From: Camelus dromedarius
Taxonomy: Eukaryota
Length of the DNA: 64,000 nt
Assembly: GCF_036321535.1 (NCBI RefSeq)
Contig: NC_087438.1
Span: 8,310,001-8,374,000, forward strand
Direction: 5' to 3'
A program made the translations under genes and the position numbers. This document shows, one piece after another, positions 63,842 to 64,000 of this stretch. The first letter of the stretch is position 1; each line of letters opens with the position of its first letter. Under the pieces are notes generated by a model. That model had not been told where the DNA came from and did no database searches. It saw only the letters and a list, made by a program, of their open reading frames with translations.

Positions 63842-64000
63842 ATCTGAGTTCTCGCCGCTCAGAGTGTTGTCCTTATACCGGCAGCTCTGCGCTTTTCTAG
63901 GAGCTTCTTAGGAACTCGAGTCCCACCACAGGCTACTCAATCAGTCTACATTAGCAAGTTCACAAGGTGATTCAGGCAGATTGTCAAGCTTGAGAAGCAC

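Overview
This is AT-rich mammalian genomic DNA, most likely from a camelid (alpaca, llama or camel), because it carries two tRNA-Ala-derived Vic-1-type SINEs and no Alu or Bov-tA elements. I found no protein-coding gene. The only ORFs with recognisable homology are LINE-1 remnants. A large part of the window is interspersed repeat: L1, L2, MIR, ERV1/ERVL/MaLR solo LTRs and Tigger/hAT MITEs. Several L1 and SINE copies still have target-site duplications (TSDs). The unique sequence looks regulatory. It has two small CpG-rich promoter-like elements (about 4.2-4.5 kb and 14.8-15.2 kb), and the second has a plausible minus-strand first exon, a splice donor and an RFX X-box. There are also repeat-poor blocks with TALE/homeodomain and octamer motifs, a MER41-like LTR with a GAS motif, and several local duplications. 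Repeat orientation and the exon candidate suggest introns or alternative promoters of a long minus-strand gene, which I cannot name. I see no convincing novel biological system. Repeat family names come from remembered consensus sequences, not from a database search, and boundaries are approximate.
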